Origin: an uncultured Desulfobacter sp.
GTDB lineage: Bacteria > Desulfobacterota > Desulfobacteria > Desulfobacterales > Desulfobacteraceae
Assembly: GCA_963665095.1 (NCBI GenBank)
Contig: OY762069.1
Span: forward strand, 5,792,001-5,856,000
DNA length: 64,000 nt
Direction: 5' to 3'
Made by a program: the position numbers and the translations under genes. Under the pieces are notes generated by a model. It worked only from the letters and a program-made list of their open reading frames with translations. It was not told the origin of the DNA and made no database searches. Positions 1-9,967 of the stretch are shown piece after piece. The first letter of the stretch is position 1. Each line of letters opens with the position of its first letter.

Positions 1-54
1 TATGCCGTGGAAGGAAAAATAAGAGAGTGGCTTAAAAAGGAACTTGACGTATAA
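1..54 (+). CDS. 3' end of an unidentified gene entering the window (YAVEGKIREWLKKELDV*)
   Basis: Open frame from base 1 to TAA at 52-54, followed by a terminator hairpin. Confidence 0.45.
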   Translation, partial: YAVEGKIREWLKKELDV

Positions 55-95
55 CCCGCCAGTTACACACCACCTCCATCAGGTCCCTTAGCCGC

Positions 96-134
96 AAACC
101 GGAAGACGAAACCCTGCTCGTCTTCCGGTTTTTA
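96..134. terminator. Bidirectional intrinsic terminator
   Basis: AAACCGGAAGACGA-loop-TCGTCTTCCGGTTT hairpin with T tail, between convergent genes. Confidence 0.75.
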
Positions 135-147
135 TATTCAGCAGCGC

Positions 148-1005
148 TTATTCGCCGTTTTTAGCGTTTTCAATAAAATCTTTGACCATCATATCGCCCA
201 GCTCTTTGGACCGTTTGGTGGCGGACTCCACGGCATTGATCAGGGTGGTGCGCAGCCCGCCCTGTTCCAGGGTGTGGATCCCGGCGATGGCCGTACCGCC
301 GGGGGATGCCACCCGGTCTTTAAGCTGTCCCGGATGCTCTTTGGTATCCAGAAGCAGGCGGGCAGCCCCCAGGACCGTCTGGGTGGACAGAAACAAAGAA
401 TCCTTTCTGGAAAGACCCATTTTGACCCCGGCATCTGCCATGGCATCTACAATGGTGAAGATATATGCCGGTCCGGATCCGCTTAAGCCTGTGAACGCAT
501 CCATAAGCACATTTTCCTGTATGAATACCGTTCTGCCCACGGAATCAAAAATGGCCCGGGCCAGTTCCACATCCCCTTCCTGTACAAATTCGCCTGCGGC
601 AATGGCTGTGGCGCTCTCTTTAACAAAAGCGCAGATATTGGGCATGACCCTGATCAGGCGCAGTTCCTGTTTCAGGCCGGCGGCAATGGCAGCAAGCGGC
701 ACGCCGGCTGCAATGGAGATAATCAGCTTTGATTTGTCCAGGGCGGATGCGGTCTGTTTAAGCACTGAGCCCAGGATCTGGGGTTTGGTTGCATAGATGA
801 TGATGTCAGACTGCTTGCATACTTCTATGTTATCGGTTGTGGTCTGGACCCCGTATTTCACCTTAACCTCTTCAAGGGTGTCCGGAGAAATATCAGAACA
901 GATGATGTTTTCCGGTTTGGCCGCTTTAGACAGTACAAGCCCGCTGACCAGCGCTTCACCCATATTCCCGCTGCCGATGAATCCTATTTTTTTATCTTGA
1001 AGCAT
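148..1005 (-). CDS. proC: Pyrroline-5-carboxylate reductase
   Basis: IGFIGSGNMG Rossmann motif, RVMPN, TGLSGSGPAY, VASPGGTAIAG. Confidence 0.97.
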   Translation of the reverse strand: MLQDKKIGFIGSGNMGEALVSGLVLSKAAKPENIICSDISPDTLEEVKVKYGVQTTTDNIEVCKQSDIIIYATKPQILGSVLKQTASALDKSKLIISIAAGVPLAAIAAGLKQELRLIRVMPNICAFVKESATAIAAGEFVQEGDVELARAIFDSVGRTVFIQENVLMDAFTGLSGSGPAYIFTIVDAMADAGVKMGLSRKDSLFLSTQTVLGAARLLLDTKEHPGQLKDRVASPGGTAIAGIHTLEQGGLRTTLINAVESATKRSKELGDMMVKDFIENAKNGE

Positions 1006-1163
1006 CCTGCCTCCTTCAGTTCATAAGTGATAGTGGAAGAATATACTACGGCTGTGCCGGAAATACTGTCAAGGCAATTATCAGGTTGGCGTCAATTAAA
1101 GTGTCGGAACCCCACTGGTGGGGGGGGATGCTTCTTGGCCCCCATCTTGCTTTGTTATGACGT

Positions 1164-1958
1164 ATGAGAATTGCACGACATAAATTAAAAGCCAAACTGG
1201 ACCAGCTTTACGTGGCATATAACTGCAGATCGTATGTGGATCCGGATCCGTTGCTGTTTCTTTACAACTATCCGGAGATCCGGGACCGGGAAATTGCCGG
1301 ATTGATTGCTTCCAGTCTGGCATATGGCCGGGTATCCATGATCATGACAGCAGCCTCTGAGGTGCTTGATATTTTAGGGCCGTCTCCCTTTGAGGGAATT
1401 ATGATGGCGGACTTAAGAAAAATGGCCCGGGAGCTGAATTTTTTTAAATACCGGTTTGCCACCGGGGAGCATGTAAGTGCTCTGATCATGGGGATCCGGG
1501 AAATTTTAAATGAGTATGGATCCATAGGGGCCTGTTTTCGTTCTGATACATCAGGGGACAAGTGTGTCTCAGATGGGTTGTGTCGGATCCGGAACACGAT
1601 TTGCCGGGCAGGGGATGTCGGGCATCTTTTAGCGGACCCGCTTAAATCCTCTGCCTGCAAACGAAGCCATCTTTTTTTGAGGTGGATGATTCGGCAGGAT
1701 GAGGTAGACCCGGGTGGCTGGGAAGGGGTAGATCCATCAGGACTGATTTATCCTCTGGATGCCCATATGTTCAGGATCGGGCAGATGCTTGGGTTTACCA
1801 GTCGGCGCACCCCGGACAGACGATGTGCCCGGGAAGTGACTGAAGGGTTCAGGCGTATTAATCCGGATGATCCGGTAAAATATGATTTCTGCCTGACCCG
1901 GTTTGGTATTCGGAAGGGGTTTGATTTTAAGGCCCTTGAAAGGTTTTTGAAAGAGTAA
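1164..1958 (+). CDS. TIGR02757/DUF2400 family protein
   Basis: DPL..., SSLAYG, SACKRxx[19 protein letters not shown] motifs. Confidence 0.88.
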   Translation: MRIARHKLKAKLDQLYVAYNCRSYVDPDPLLFLYNYPEIRDREIAGLIASSLAYGRVSMIMTAASEVLDILGPSPFEGIMMADLRKMARELNFFKYRFATGEHVSALIMGIREILNEYGSIGACFRSDTSGDKCVSDGLCRIRNTICRAGDVGHLLADPLKSSACKRSHLFLRWMIRQDEVDPGGWEGVDPSGLIYPLDAHMFRIGQMLGFTSRRTPDRRCAREVTEGFRRINPDDPVKYDFCLTRFGIRKGFDFKALERFLKE

Positions 1959-1992
1959 TATCCGGCAGCGTACAGCTTGGAAGGAGGAGGGT

Positions 1993-2768
1993 ATGTATTG
2001 TGGTGAATCACATGTTGGGGAAACGGCACAGCCTGCCCATGACAGGTATCAGGGATATGAACTGCCTGATCTGATTCAGGGGCGTCTGGTCAGGCGGTAT
2101 AAACGGTTTTTAGCGGATATTGAACTTGAAGACAACCGGGTGGTAACGGCCCATTGTCCCAATTCCGGATCCATGAAAGGGTGTGCTGTGCCCGGGTCAA
2201 AGGTGTGGATCTCCCGGAGCAGCAACCCCAGGCGCAAGTTGAAATACACCTGGGAGGTGACACAGGTAGACGGTATCTTTATCGGCATTATACCATGGTG
2301 CCAAACCGGCTGGTCAAAGCGTCTGTGGAGAACGGACTGATTCCTGAACTTGGGGGCTACAGCCGGGTGGTTCCGGAGATCAAAACCTCTGAACATACCA
2401 GGCTGGATCTGATGCTGGAGGACAGCGAAAAAAGACGCTGCTATGTGGAGATCAAAAACTGCACCCTGGTAGAAGACGGGGTGGCCATGTTTCCGGATGC
2501 CGTGACAGTCCGCGGGCAAAAACACATCCAGGAGCTTGTATCCCTGGCCTCCAACGGGCACCGGGCTGTCATGTTTTTCCTTGTTCAGCGCACCGATGCC
2601 CATGTGTTTGCCCCGGCTGCCGGGATTGATCCGGAGTATGCCCGAAAACTTGCCCTGGCAGCTGAAAATGGGGTTGAAATTATCATCCGGGATGTAACCT
2701 TTGACCTTTCAGCCACACCTGGGCTTATCCGCATCAACAATACGCCTCTGGGGATCCTGTCGATGTAA
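1993..2768 (+). pseudogene. sfsA: DNA/RNA nuclease SfsA, split by a 1-nt frameshift near 2290 (true pseudogene or sequencing error)
   Basis: RYKRFLAD and AHCPNSGSM in ORF 1993-2340; RLD, VEIKNCTL, FPDAVTVRGQKH in ORF 2154-2768; ATT-ATA-CC appears to lack one A of GINT. Confidence 0.88.
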
Positions 2769-2925
2769 GGGTGTATTTTTGCTTTAGAATCCGGATCGTT
2801 GATTGACACATGATACAATGCAGTACGTTATTGAAAATGCTGTTTTGCGGCAGGCAGATAATGATACTGCCTTTTCATGAAATCAGGACCGGCGTTTCCC
2901 ATTTATCTCAACAGGACTGAGGATC

Positions 2926-3454
2926 TTAACTGATACGATAATCTGCGGCTATTTCTTTTTCAAGCAACTGGAAAAACGCGATAAGATCGTTGTAATCACA
3001 CCCATCTTCCAAAAACGTGGCCCTCACAATATTCTTACTTCCCTCTTTGTGAATATACCGGGGGTTCATTTTGATTTTTACAGAATGTTTTGTTTGTGGA
3101 ATTTCAAAAGAGACGATTAATGTTTGATAGCCCGGAAAGATGCCTTCCGGAATGTGGTGCCTGGGGTCAAATGAGAAAGAGATGCCGTTCATGGAAATGG
3201 TTTTTTAATTTCCAGGGAATCCTTGCGTCGGAAGCATCACCGGCGAACTGGAACTGGAGCTTGGCATCCCAGTTCGTCTTTTTGCGGTCATATTTTCGCA
3301 TTTCCGATAGATCGTTTTGGGGGGTCTGTTTTTCGTACTGGTCTGCATACTGGAAAATCATTTTCCTGGTTAACCCCTCAACAGGTACATTTTGCCTGAA
3401 AGCAAGCTCTTTAAGCATCCGCAACGCATCGTCGTGAATGACCAAAACACCCAT
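2926..3454 (-). pseudogene. PilZ-domain protein with N-terminal RHH-like helical region; frameshift near 3200
   Basis: RxxxR (RKYDR) in ORF 3167-3454; ISMNGISF (D/NxSxxG-like) in the adjacent frame 2926-3192; A6 run at the switch. Confidence 0.6.
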
Positions 3455-3721
3455 GATACCTCCTGTAATCTTTTTTAAATTAAGATGTAATGGCGAAATC
3501 CCATAAATAACTGGAAAGTATCGAATCGTCCGGAAAATTGATTAAACATAAAAAAGAAGCAGAAAAGGGCCTGCATAACCGGTGTTGCCTGTTATGACTC
3601 ATGCGCCATTGTTTTTAAGGGTAAGTCAGATAAAGGCGTTTTGCCAAGAAGAACTAAACTCAGGGCCTCGCATGCGGTTTGCCGCAAGTTTAGTGGCAAT
3701 TCACAGGCGTAACCCCATAAG

Positions 3722-4597
3722 CTAATTATATTTTGAATGCACCGTTGTATCCCATATGTAAAGGATGACCCCTGTCCAGATAAAGATAAAGGTGACAAGG
3801 TTATGCCGGGTAAAGGGTTCCTTATACACAAAAACCCCGAGGACAAAGGCAATGGACGGTGCCAGATATTGCAGAATGCCGATGGTGGACAAATTTAAGC
3901 GCTTGACCGCCGCAGCAAACCAGAGCAACGGCAGGCTTGTTACCACGCCGGAACCCGCACACCACAGGGAGATACCTGTCTGCTCCAGAAAGGGACTTCC
4001 CCCCATGGCCACCCTGAAGGAGACATAGGCCAGAGCGGGAATGAACAGCACCAGGGTTTCAATCAGAAGCATGGGGATGGGTTTGGCATTAATTTTTTTC
4101 CGGGTAAATCCGTAAAAGGCAAAGCTGAAGGCCAGTGCCAGGGCAAACATGGGCAGTGAACCGTAGGCGCCCAGGGCGTATATTACCCCTGCCAGGGCAA
4201 GGAGTACCGCTGTCCATTGAAACCGGCTGAATCGTTCCTGGAGCAGGATAAAGCCTAAGGCAACATTGATCATTGGGTTGATGTAATATCCAAGGCTGGT
4301 TTCCACCACCCGGTCTGAATTCACTGCCCAGATATAGATAAACCAGTTGAAACCGATCAACATCCCGCTTAGAACAAGCCATCTGACTGCCTGCGGGTTG
4401 TGGATAATGTCTATAATTTCACGCCAGCGCCGCTGCCAGGAAATAATGACCGCAAGAAAGATGCAGGACCAGACAATGCGGTGGCATAAAATTTCAAACG
4501 CATTGACTGTCTGAAGTTGTTTCCAGTATGCAGGTAAAAAGCCCCAGGCGCTAAAGGCTGCCAGCCCGAATAAGACCCCTTGTAAATTCTGTTTCAT
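3722..4597 (-). CDS. rarD: EamA-family transporter RarD
   Basis: WGFLPAYWK, EILCHRIVWS, ETSLGYYINP, GILQYLAP. Confidence 0.93.
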   Translation of the reverse strand: MKQNLQGVLFGLAAFSAWGFLPAYWKQLQTVNAFEILCHRIVWSCIFLAVIISWQRRWREIIDIIHNPQAVRWLVLSGMLIGFNWFIYIWAVNSDRVVETSLGYYINPMINVALGFILLQERFSRFQWTAVLLALAGVIYALGAYGSLPMFALALAFSFAFYGFTRKKINAKPIPMLLIETLVLFIPALAYVSFRVAMGGSPFLEQTGISLWCAGSGVVTSLPLLWFAAAVKRLNLSTIGILQYLAPSIAFVLGVFVYKEPFTRHNLVTFIFIWTGVILYIWDTTVHSKYN

Positions 4598-4652
4598 CTA
4601 TTCCTCTGGAATTAAAAGGACTATTTTATGCTTTTAATCCAGGTTGGCAAGC

Positions 4653-4706
4653 AAAAAAAAGGCCCGGATTTTTCAGACACCGTCATCAGTCTGTCAAATA
4701 CCGGGC
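4653..4706 (-). terminator. Intrinsic terminator after the kinase-REC-REC/FNT operon
   Basis: A8-GGCCCGG...CCGGGCC stem, giving a U tail on the minus strand. Confidence 0.55.
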
Positions 4707-4762
4707 CGTCAGGGGGTTTAGGCCGTCAGGTCAGATGAACAATTCATGGCCTGTCTGATGGG

Positions 4763-6016
4763 TTATCTGGCCGCATCCGCCCTGGGCCTAAGATAGGCGC
4801 CCCAGTACCCTACACCAACGAACAGGGCACCGCCAATGATATTGCCCAGGGTGACCGGGACAAGATTATCAACAATAAATGCGGTCCATGTCAGATCCGG
4901 GGACCCGGTAATGCCGGCCCAGTGGCTGAGAAAAATCCCGGAAGGGATGAAATACATGTTGGCCACGCAGTGCTCAAATCCAATGGCCACAAACCCCATG
5001 ATAGGAAAAAATACAGCAAAGATTTTAGAAATGGTCTGGCGGGAGGCCAGCGCCATCCATACGGCCAGGCAGACCATCCAGTTACATCCCACAGCCCGGA
5101 TAAAAGCCTCTGACCAGGAAAGATGCACCTTGGCAAGGGCAATGCCAACAGCTGCCTGGCCAAGCTTTCCGCCACCGGCCTTCCACAGACCGGACCCGTA
5201 AAAGAGCAGGGCCAGAAGTATGGATCCCAGAAAGTTGGCACCATAAACAATGCCCCACTGGGCTGCCATTTTTTTAAAGGTGATTTGTCCGGTCATTACG
5301 CTGGAGACCATCAGGCTGTTGCCGGTGAACAGCTCGGCACCTGCAATGACCACCAGCATCAGTCCGATACTGAATGCCGCCCCGCACACCAGCTTTTTCA
5401 ATCCCAGCCCCAGAACCGGGGAGAAATCAAAGGTCACGGAAGTTGAGAAAAGTCCCCCAAATCCTATATATGCCCCGGCCAGTACGCCCAGGACAAACAG
5501 GGATATCCAGGGGGAGTTGGCTTTGGCCACACCCACATTCTGTGCCACGGTCTCTGCAATGATGCTTGGCCCCTTGTCATCCAGGCTTGGGACGGGAAAT
5601 TTCCCCAGCACCTGCTGGGCCCGGCTGATGGCTTTTTTCTCCTGCCGGATTTTGCCGTCCATGGCCTTGCGGACCACCTGGGTGAGTTCCTCCGGGGTAA
5701 AGGGCTTGGTCAGAAACTCCATGGCTCCGCGTTTAATGGCCTCGGCAGCCCGGTCCGGTGAGGGAAACCCGGAAAACATCACCACCGCCGCTTCCGGGCA
5801 CCGTTCCTCCAGTTCGGACACCACATCCATGCCGTTGAGCCCAGGCATTTTCCAGTCGCACAGGATCACCGTATAGTTGCCCCGGGTGCTCATTTCAAGA
5901 CCTTTCACAGGATCTGTGGTGGTATCCACCTCAAAGCCTGAGTCCCGGAAAATCGCCTGGCAGGAAATCAGTACGGCATTGTCATCGTCAATTACCAGCA
6001 TCCGGTCTTTTTTCAT
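4763..6016 (-). CDS. Fusion of a response-regulator receiver domain and a formate/nitrite transporter (FNT) channel
   Basis: N-terminal VIDDD...LCDWKMPG...FSG...LTKPF; C-terminal GAELFTGN, GCNWMVCLAVW, GFEHCVANMY, LGNIIGG; one continuous frame. Confidence 0.92.
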   Translation of the reverse strand: MKKDRMLVIDDDNAVLISCQAIFRDSGFEVDTTTDPVKGLEMSTRGNYTVILCDWKMPGLNGMDVVSELEERCPEAAVVMFSGFPSPDRAAEAIKRGAMEFLTKPFTPEELTQVVRKAMDGKIRQEKKAISRAQQVLGKFPVPSLDDKGPSIIAETVAQNVGVAKANSPWISLFVLGVLAGAYIGFGGLFSTSVTFDFSPVLGLGLKKLVCGAAFSIGLMLVVIAGAELFTGNSLMVSSVMTGQITFKKMAAQWGIVYGANFLGSILLALLFYGSGLWKAGGGKLGQAAVGIALAKVHLSWSEAFIRAVGCNWMVCLAVWMALASRQTISKIFAVFFPIMGFVAIGFEHCVANMYFIPSGIFLSHWAGITGSPDLTWTAFIVDNLVPVTLGNIIGGALFVGVGYWGAYLRPRADAAR

Positions 6017-6088
6017 TTTCCATTCTCCCCTTATAATCCCCTTCATGGGGACAATTCCCCGGAATTTAATAGATTCCGGGATGTTTGG

Positions 6089-6487
6089 TTATTCATTGCC
6101 ACCCCTGCGGCGTGTCATTGTTCTGGCCGCTGTCTCCATTGTCCTTTTTACTGCATCTGTCAGCTCCTTCGGGGTAAAGGGTTTGGCAACGAAACCGAGT
6201 GCCCCGGCACCAGTCCCTTTCGTTTCTATTTCCGGCATAAGATATCCTGTCATCATCAGCACCGGGATCTCGGGATGTGTTCTGGTTATCTGTTCCACCA
6301 GAAGAATGCCGTCCTCACCCGGCATCATGATATCCGATAAAATCAGATCCACAGACCCTGCCGTTTTAAGAATGTCCCGGGCGGTTTGTGCATCCGGTGC
6401 TATAAGAATCCGGGTATTTTCATCCGAAAGGATCCTGCAGCAGCTTTCCAGCACCATGACGTTGTCGTCCACCACCAGAATGTTCAT
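6089..6487 (-). CDS. Stand-alone response regulator (receiver only)
   Basis: VVDDN, LSDIMMPG, MTG, AKPF; ATGA overlap with the kinase stop. Confidence 0.92.
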   Translation of the reverse strand: MNILVVDDNVMVLESCCRILSDENTRILIAPDAQTARDILKTAGSVDLILSDIMMPGEDGILLVEQITRTHPEIPVLMMTGYLMPEIETKGTGAGALGFVAKPFTPKELTDAVKRTMETAARTMTRRRGGNE

Positions 6488-8325
6488 CTTGCCTCCTTGT
6501 TTTCCGGCCCCGGGCAATTGCAGGGCAGCCAGATAAAGAAGACCGATCCCTGACCCGGAGTACTCTCCACCCGGATTTTGCCATTGTGACGTTCCACAAT
6601 GCCAAAGGATACGGCAAGCCCGAGCCCGGTACCCTCTCCGGCCGGTTTGGTTGTAAAAAACGGCTCAAACAGCTTATTTATATTTTCCGGACTGATGCCT
6701 GATCCTGTATCCCGGACCTGAATCTCAATGCCCTGCTCCTGCTCTGAGTTTTTGGGACGGGCTGACACCTCCACCCTGCCTCCGGAAGGTGTGGCATCCA
6801 TGGCATTGAGAACCAGATTCACGACGACGCTCTGGATCTGATTTTTATCCATCCGGACCCGGGGCAAAGAGGCATTCCCGGAATAGAAGAGGTGTACCCC
6901 CTTGAGCAGGGCCTGGTTCTTCATCAGCTCCACGGTGTCAGCCAGCATGGGATCCGGCTCAAAGGTTTCCCGGTCCAGTTTGGGCTGTCGGGAAAAGTCC
7001 AGAAGGCCTTTCACGATTTTTCTGACCCGCTCTGTCTGAAAGGCAATGACTTCCAGGTCTTTGCGAACCTGGTCCGGCAGATCCTTGCGGGCCAGAATCA
7101 GGTGGGTGAAGGTTAGAACCGGGGTCAGCGGGTTGTTGATTTCATGGGCCACACCTGCCGCCAGTTTGCCGATACTGGCCTGTTTTTCCGAACGGATCAG
7201 TTCCCGGCGGCGTTCTTCCAGCTGGGCCTGGTTTCGCTGAAACAGGGCGTGGGACATGGACATGAACGCCTTTTGAAGCAGCCCGATATCCCCCGGGCTG
7301 ACAGGGCCGATATCCGGTGACAGGTTGCCTGCGGAAATTTCCATGGACGCCCTGAGCAGGTGGTTGACCGGCTGCATGATCCGGTCAGCCAGGAATGTTC
7401 CCGCAGCAATGGCCAGAACAAGGCCTGCCAGGATCACGGCGGAGAATACCCAGATGGTCTTGTTCCGGACATCCCTGTATTTTGCTTCCAGAACGCCTAC
7501 ATAAAGCATCCCCACCCGTTTCCCGAAAATATCTGTGATGGGTTCATAGGCGGTAATGTACCAGTCATTCACCACCAGAGCCCGGTCTGTCCAGTTGTCT
7601 CCCTTTTCCAGGACCTGGCGGGAAACCTCTTTGGACGCCCGGGTTCCCACAGCCCTTGATCCGTCTTTCATGAGCACGGATGTAGAGATCCTCAGGTCAT
7701 TGAAAAAGATGGTGGCCGTGCCCACATTCCGGCCCCGGTAAATTTCGTTTCTGAATACCGTATCCCCGATTTTATCAACAATGGTTTTATCCTGATTCAG
7801 AACCATGCCCCCGAAGATAACCGCTGTGACCCGGCCACCCGCCATGACGGGAACTGCTGCCCCGGCCACAAGGTTCGAACCGGAAACAGCGGTTCCTGAA
7901 ACGGTCTTTTTTCCGGCCAGTGCCTGCCAGGCTATAGGCAGGTGGCTCTTTCCGGGCTTGGGCTGGTTTTTAAATCCGGTGCAGGTATATATCCGGTCCT
8001 CAGGAATGAGAATGCCTGAGAAATCAAGATCGAGTCTTTGGGCCAGTTGTCTGATCCGGTCCATGGGAAGGGTGGCATTGCCTGTGGCCAGAGCAGATGT
8101 CAGATCATCAGCTCTGGCAGCGGTTTCCAGGGAGATGCGGATGGTACCCACCCGGTCGTCGTAAATCAGTCTGGCCACATTGAGATCCTGACGGACCCGG
8201 TTAAAGGCTTCGTTGAGTACGGATTTGTAAAGCAGTGACCAGCCAGCGGCAAAGGAGATGCCTGCCACAGCCAAAGCCACACTGATCAGGCTGAATATGA
8301 GCTTGGACCGGGTTGAATAAAGCAT
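6484..8325 (-). CDS. Sensor histidine kinase (TM-Cache-TM-HAMP-HisKA-HATPase)
   Basis: Two TM helices, ATIF..RISTSV..RAVGT..YITAYEPI..GMLYVG Cache-type motif, AHEINNPL, DTGSGI, GTGLGL. Confidence 0.93.
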   Translation of the reverse strand: MLYSTRSKLIFSLISVALAVAGISFAAGWSLLYKSVLNEAFNRVRQDLNVARLIYDDRVGTIRISLETAARADDLTSALATGNATLPMDRIRQLAQRLDLDFSGILIPEDRIYTCTGFKNQPKPGKSHLPIAWQALAGKKTVSGTAVSGSNLVAGAAVPVMAGGRVTAVIFGGMVLNQDKTIVDKIGDTVFRNEIYRGRNVGTATIFFNDLRISTSVLMKDGSRAVGTRASKEVSRQVLEKGDNWTDRALVVNDWYITAYEPITDIFGKRVGMLYVGVLEAKYRDVRNKTIWVFSAVILAGLVLAIAAGTFLADRIMQPVNHLLRASMEISAGNLSPDIGPVSPGDIGLLQKAFMSMSHALFQRNQAQLEERRRELIRSEKQASIGKLAAGVAHEINNPLTPVLTFTHLILARKDLPDQVRKDLEVIAFQTERVRKIVKGLLDFSRQPKLDRETFEPDPMLADTVELMKNQALLKGVHLFYSGNASLPRVRMDKNQIQSVVVNLVLNAMDATPSGGRVEVSARPKNSEQEQGIEIQVRDTGSGISPENINKLFEPFFTTKPAGEGTGLGLAVSFGIVERHNGKIRVESTPGQGSVFFIWLPCNCPGPENKEAR

Positions 8326-8406
8326 GTGGTTTCCTTTGCTTTTCCGGCAACCACCCTGTTTTTGTCCTTTAGGATGCGGTTGCCCTGTTATTCTAAAGAA
8401 AACAGG

Positions 8407-8422
8407 AGCAAGTTGAATACCA
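8407..8422 (-). promoter_or_regulatory. Putative sigma54 (-24/-12) promoter
   Basis: TGGTATTCAACTTGCT on the minus strand (GG-N10-GC), ~80 nt upstream of the kinase ATG. Confidence 0.55.
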
Positions 8423-8744
8423 CAGGGGAAACCATAGTGAAATTAACGGCTCAATATGAAAGAGAGCCTTTTATATAAGGGCTTTTCAGGTTTTATTTGC
8501 CTTTTAATATAAGCCGGGCGTTGCCGTGGTGTGAAAGGGGCAGGACACAAAGGGTTTCCATGGTGTAAAGAAAAACGACACCAGGTTTTTCTCTGCTGGC
8601 TTTTATTTTGGGGATTTGTAATTGGCGTCCGCAGTTTTCACGCAGTCTTTTTTGTTCAATCCAGCCTTACAGTTCAGTCTGTGTTATTTTCTGGTGTCCG
8701 GTTCAGATGTGCAAACTGTTTTCGTCAGGGAGCTTTTGAAATAG

Positions 8745-9650
8745 TTATTGCTTTCTGTTATCCGGAACGGGGTGGTTCACTTCAGGAAAGTGTTTCTTCA
8801 GGCATTCAGGGCAGATGCCGTGACTGATACTGGCACTTGAATGGTCTTGAATATAGTCCTCCACCTGATCCCACGTTCCTTTCTCATTCCTGATTTTTTT
8901 ACAGAATGAGCATAAGGGCAGGATGCCTTTGAGCACCTTGATTTCGTCCATGGCTTTGTGCAGGTCTGCGTTGCTTTTTGACAGCTTGTCCCGCTGGTTG
9001 CTTACTTCATTTATCAGCCGTGCCATGGCACGGCGGTAGGAAAGGATGGTCACGCAGGACACAATGAAAAAATAGGCGATACAGAAAATGTAAACGGTCC
9101 AGTGTAAAGGGCTGGTCAGCAAAAGGCCCGTGTCTATGTTAAGTACTACCTGGTTTGAAATAAATCCGGCCCCGATCAGTGAAAGGGAAGTTATAACCAG
9201 CAACACAAAAATTCCCACTGCCTGTTCTGAGTAGAAAACCGCCATGATGACGGCAGCCAACTGGAAGAATATTAAGCCTGCCGATAATATGCCAAGGGTT
9301 AGGATTCCGCAAAGGGCGAGGCCCAGGTTCATTATAATCAGAATGAGTGCCTTGGTTTTCGTTGGTATTTTTTGACGATAAAGCGCCGTTCCCACTATAC
9401 TGACGAAAATCAGAATCTGAATAATATCCCGTACACCCCAGCCAATATATAAAGCCCTGGCCTGGGACATTAGAAGGGCGACTCCGCCACAAACAGCCCA
9501 TATTATGACGATAAGATTGATCAGACGATCACGGAAAAGATATTCACCGGACAGGTGTTGATTCTTTCTGGGATCTGCCTTAAATATTTCGGGGATATCC
9601 TGCCAGTTGCACGGAAAAGATTCGGCCTTGCCATATAGAACCTGTTTCAT
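8745..9650 (-). CDS. Polytopic membrane protein with a coiled coil and a C-terminal CxxC...HGICxxC putative Zn-binding domain
   Basis: ~6 hydrophobic helices then LKGILPLCSFCKKIR...SHGICPEC. Confidence 0.8.
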   Translation of the reverse strand: MKQVLYGKAESFPCNWQDIPEIFKADPRKNQHLSGEYLFRDRLINLIVIIWAVCGGVALLMSQARALYIGWGVRDIIQILIFVSIVGTALYRQKIPTKTKALILIIMNLGLALCGILTLGILSAGLIFFQLAAVIMAVFYSEQAVGIFVLLVITSLSLIGAGFISNQVVLNIDTGLLLTSPLHWTVYIFCIAYFFIVSCVTILSYRRAMARLINEVSNQRDKLSKSNADLHKAMDEIKVLKGILPLCSFCKKIRNEKGTWDQVEDYIQDHSSASISHGICPECLKKHFPEVNHPVPDNRKQ

Positions 9651-9894
9651 TTTTAACGCTCCAAAAGAGATATCATCTGTCTGGTTACAAGAGTGATATA
9701 ACAGAACCTGAAAGAGGGCAGTTCACCGTGTAGCCAAGTGCTTTTTTACTGAACCATGAAAAATTTGAATACGAACTCTACCTATAGGACAGGACTCTGC
9801 TTTTTGTCAACCATCAGTTTCCGGAGGGTGAGAGTTGGTATGGTTTTATGATACAGTGGCAGGGTTGCGGTTTTATTTGCGTTCTGCAACTGGG

Positions 9895-9957
9895 CAACTT
9901 TTCGTCCAAACGCCGAGGTCAAGTCTAAATATGGGGTTTTTGTTCAGGCACTATTTA
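9895..9957. repeat. Decayed copy of a dispersed intergenic (MITE/REP-like) element
   Basis: Shares CAACTTTTCGTYCAAACRCC and GGGGTTTTYGTTCAGGCACTATTTA with 57861-57911. Confidence 0.6.
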
Positions 9958-9967
9958 TTTGCCATGT

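Noticed and set aside
3665..3695. GGCAAACC on the minus strand upstream of the PilZ gene, suggesting a c-di-GMP-I riboswitch
   Set aside because: No GNRA-capped P2 or GACGCAAAGC segment follows
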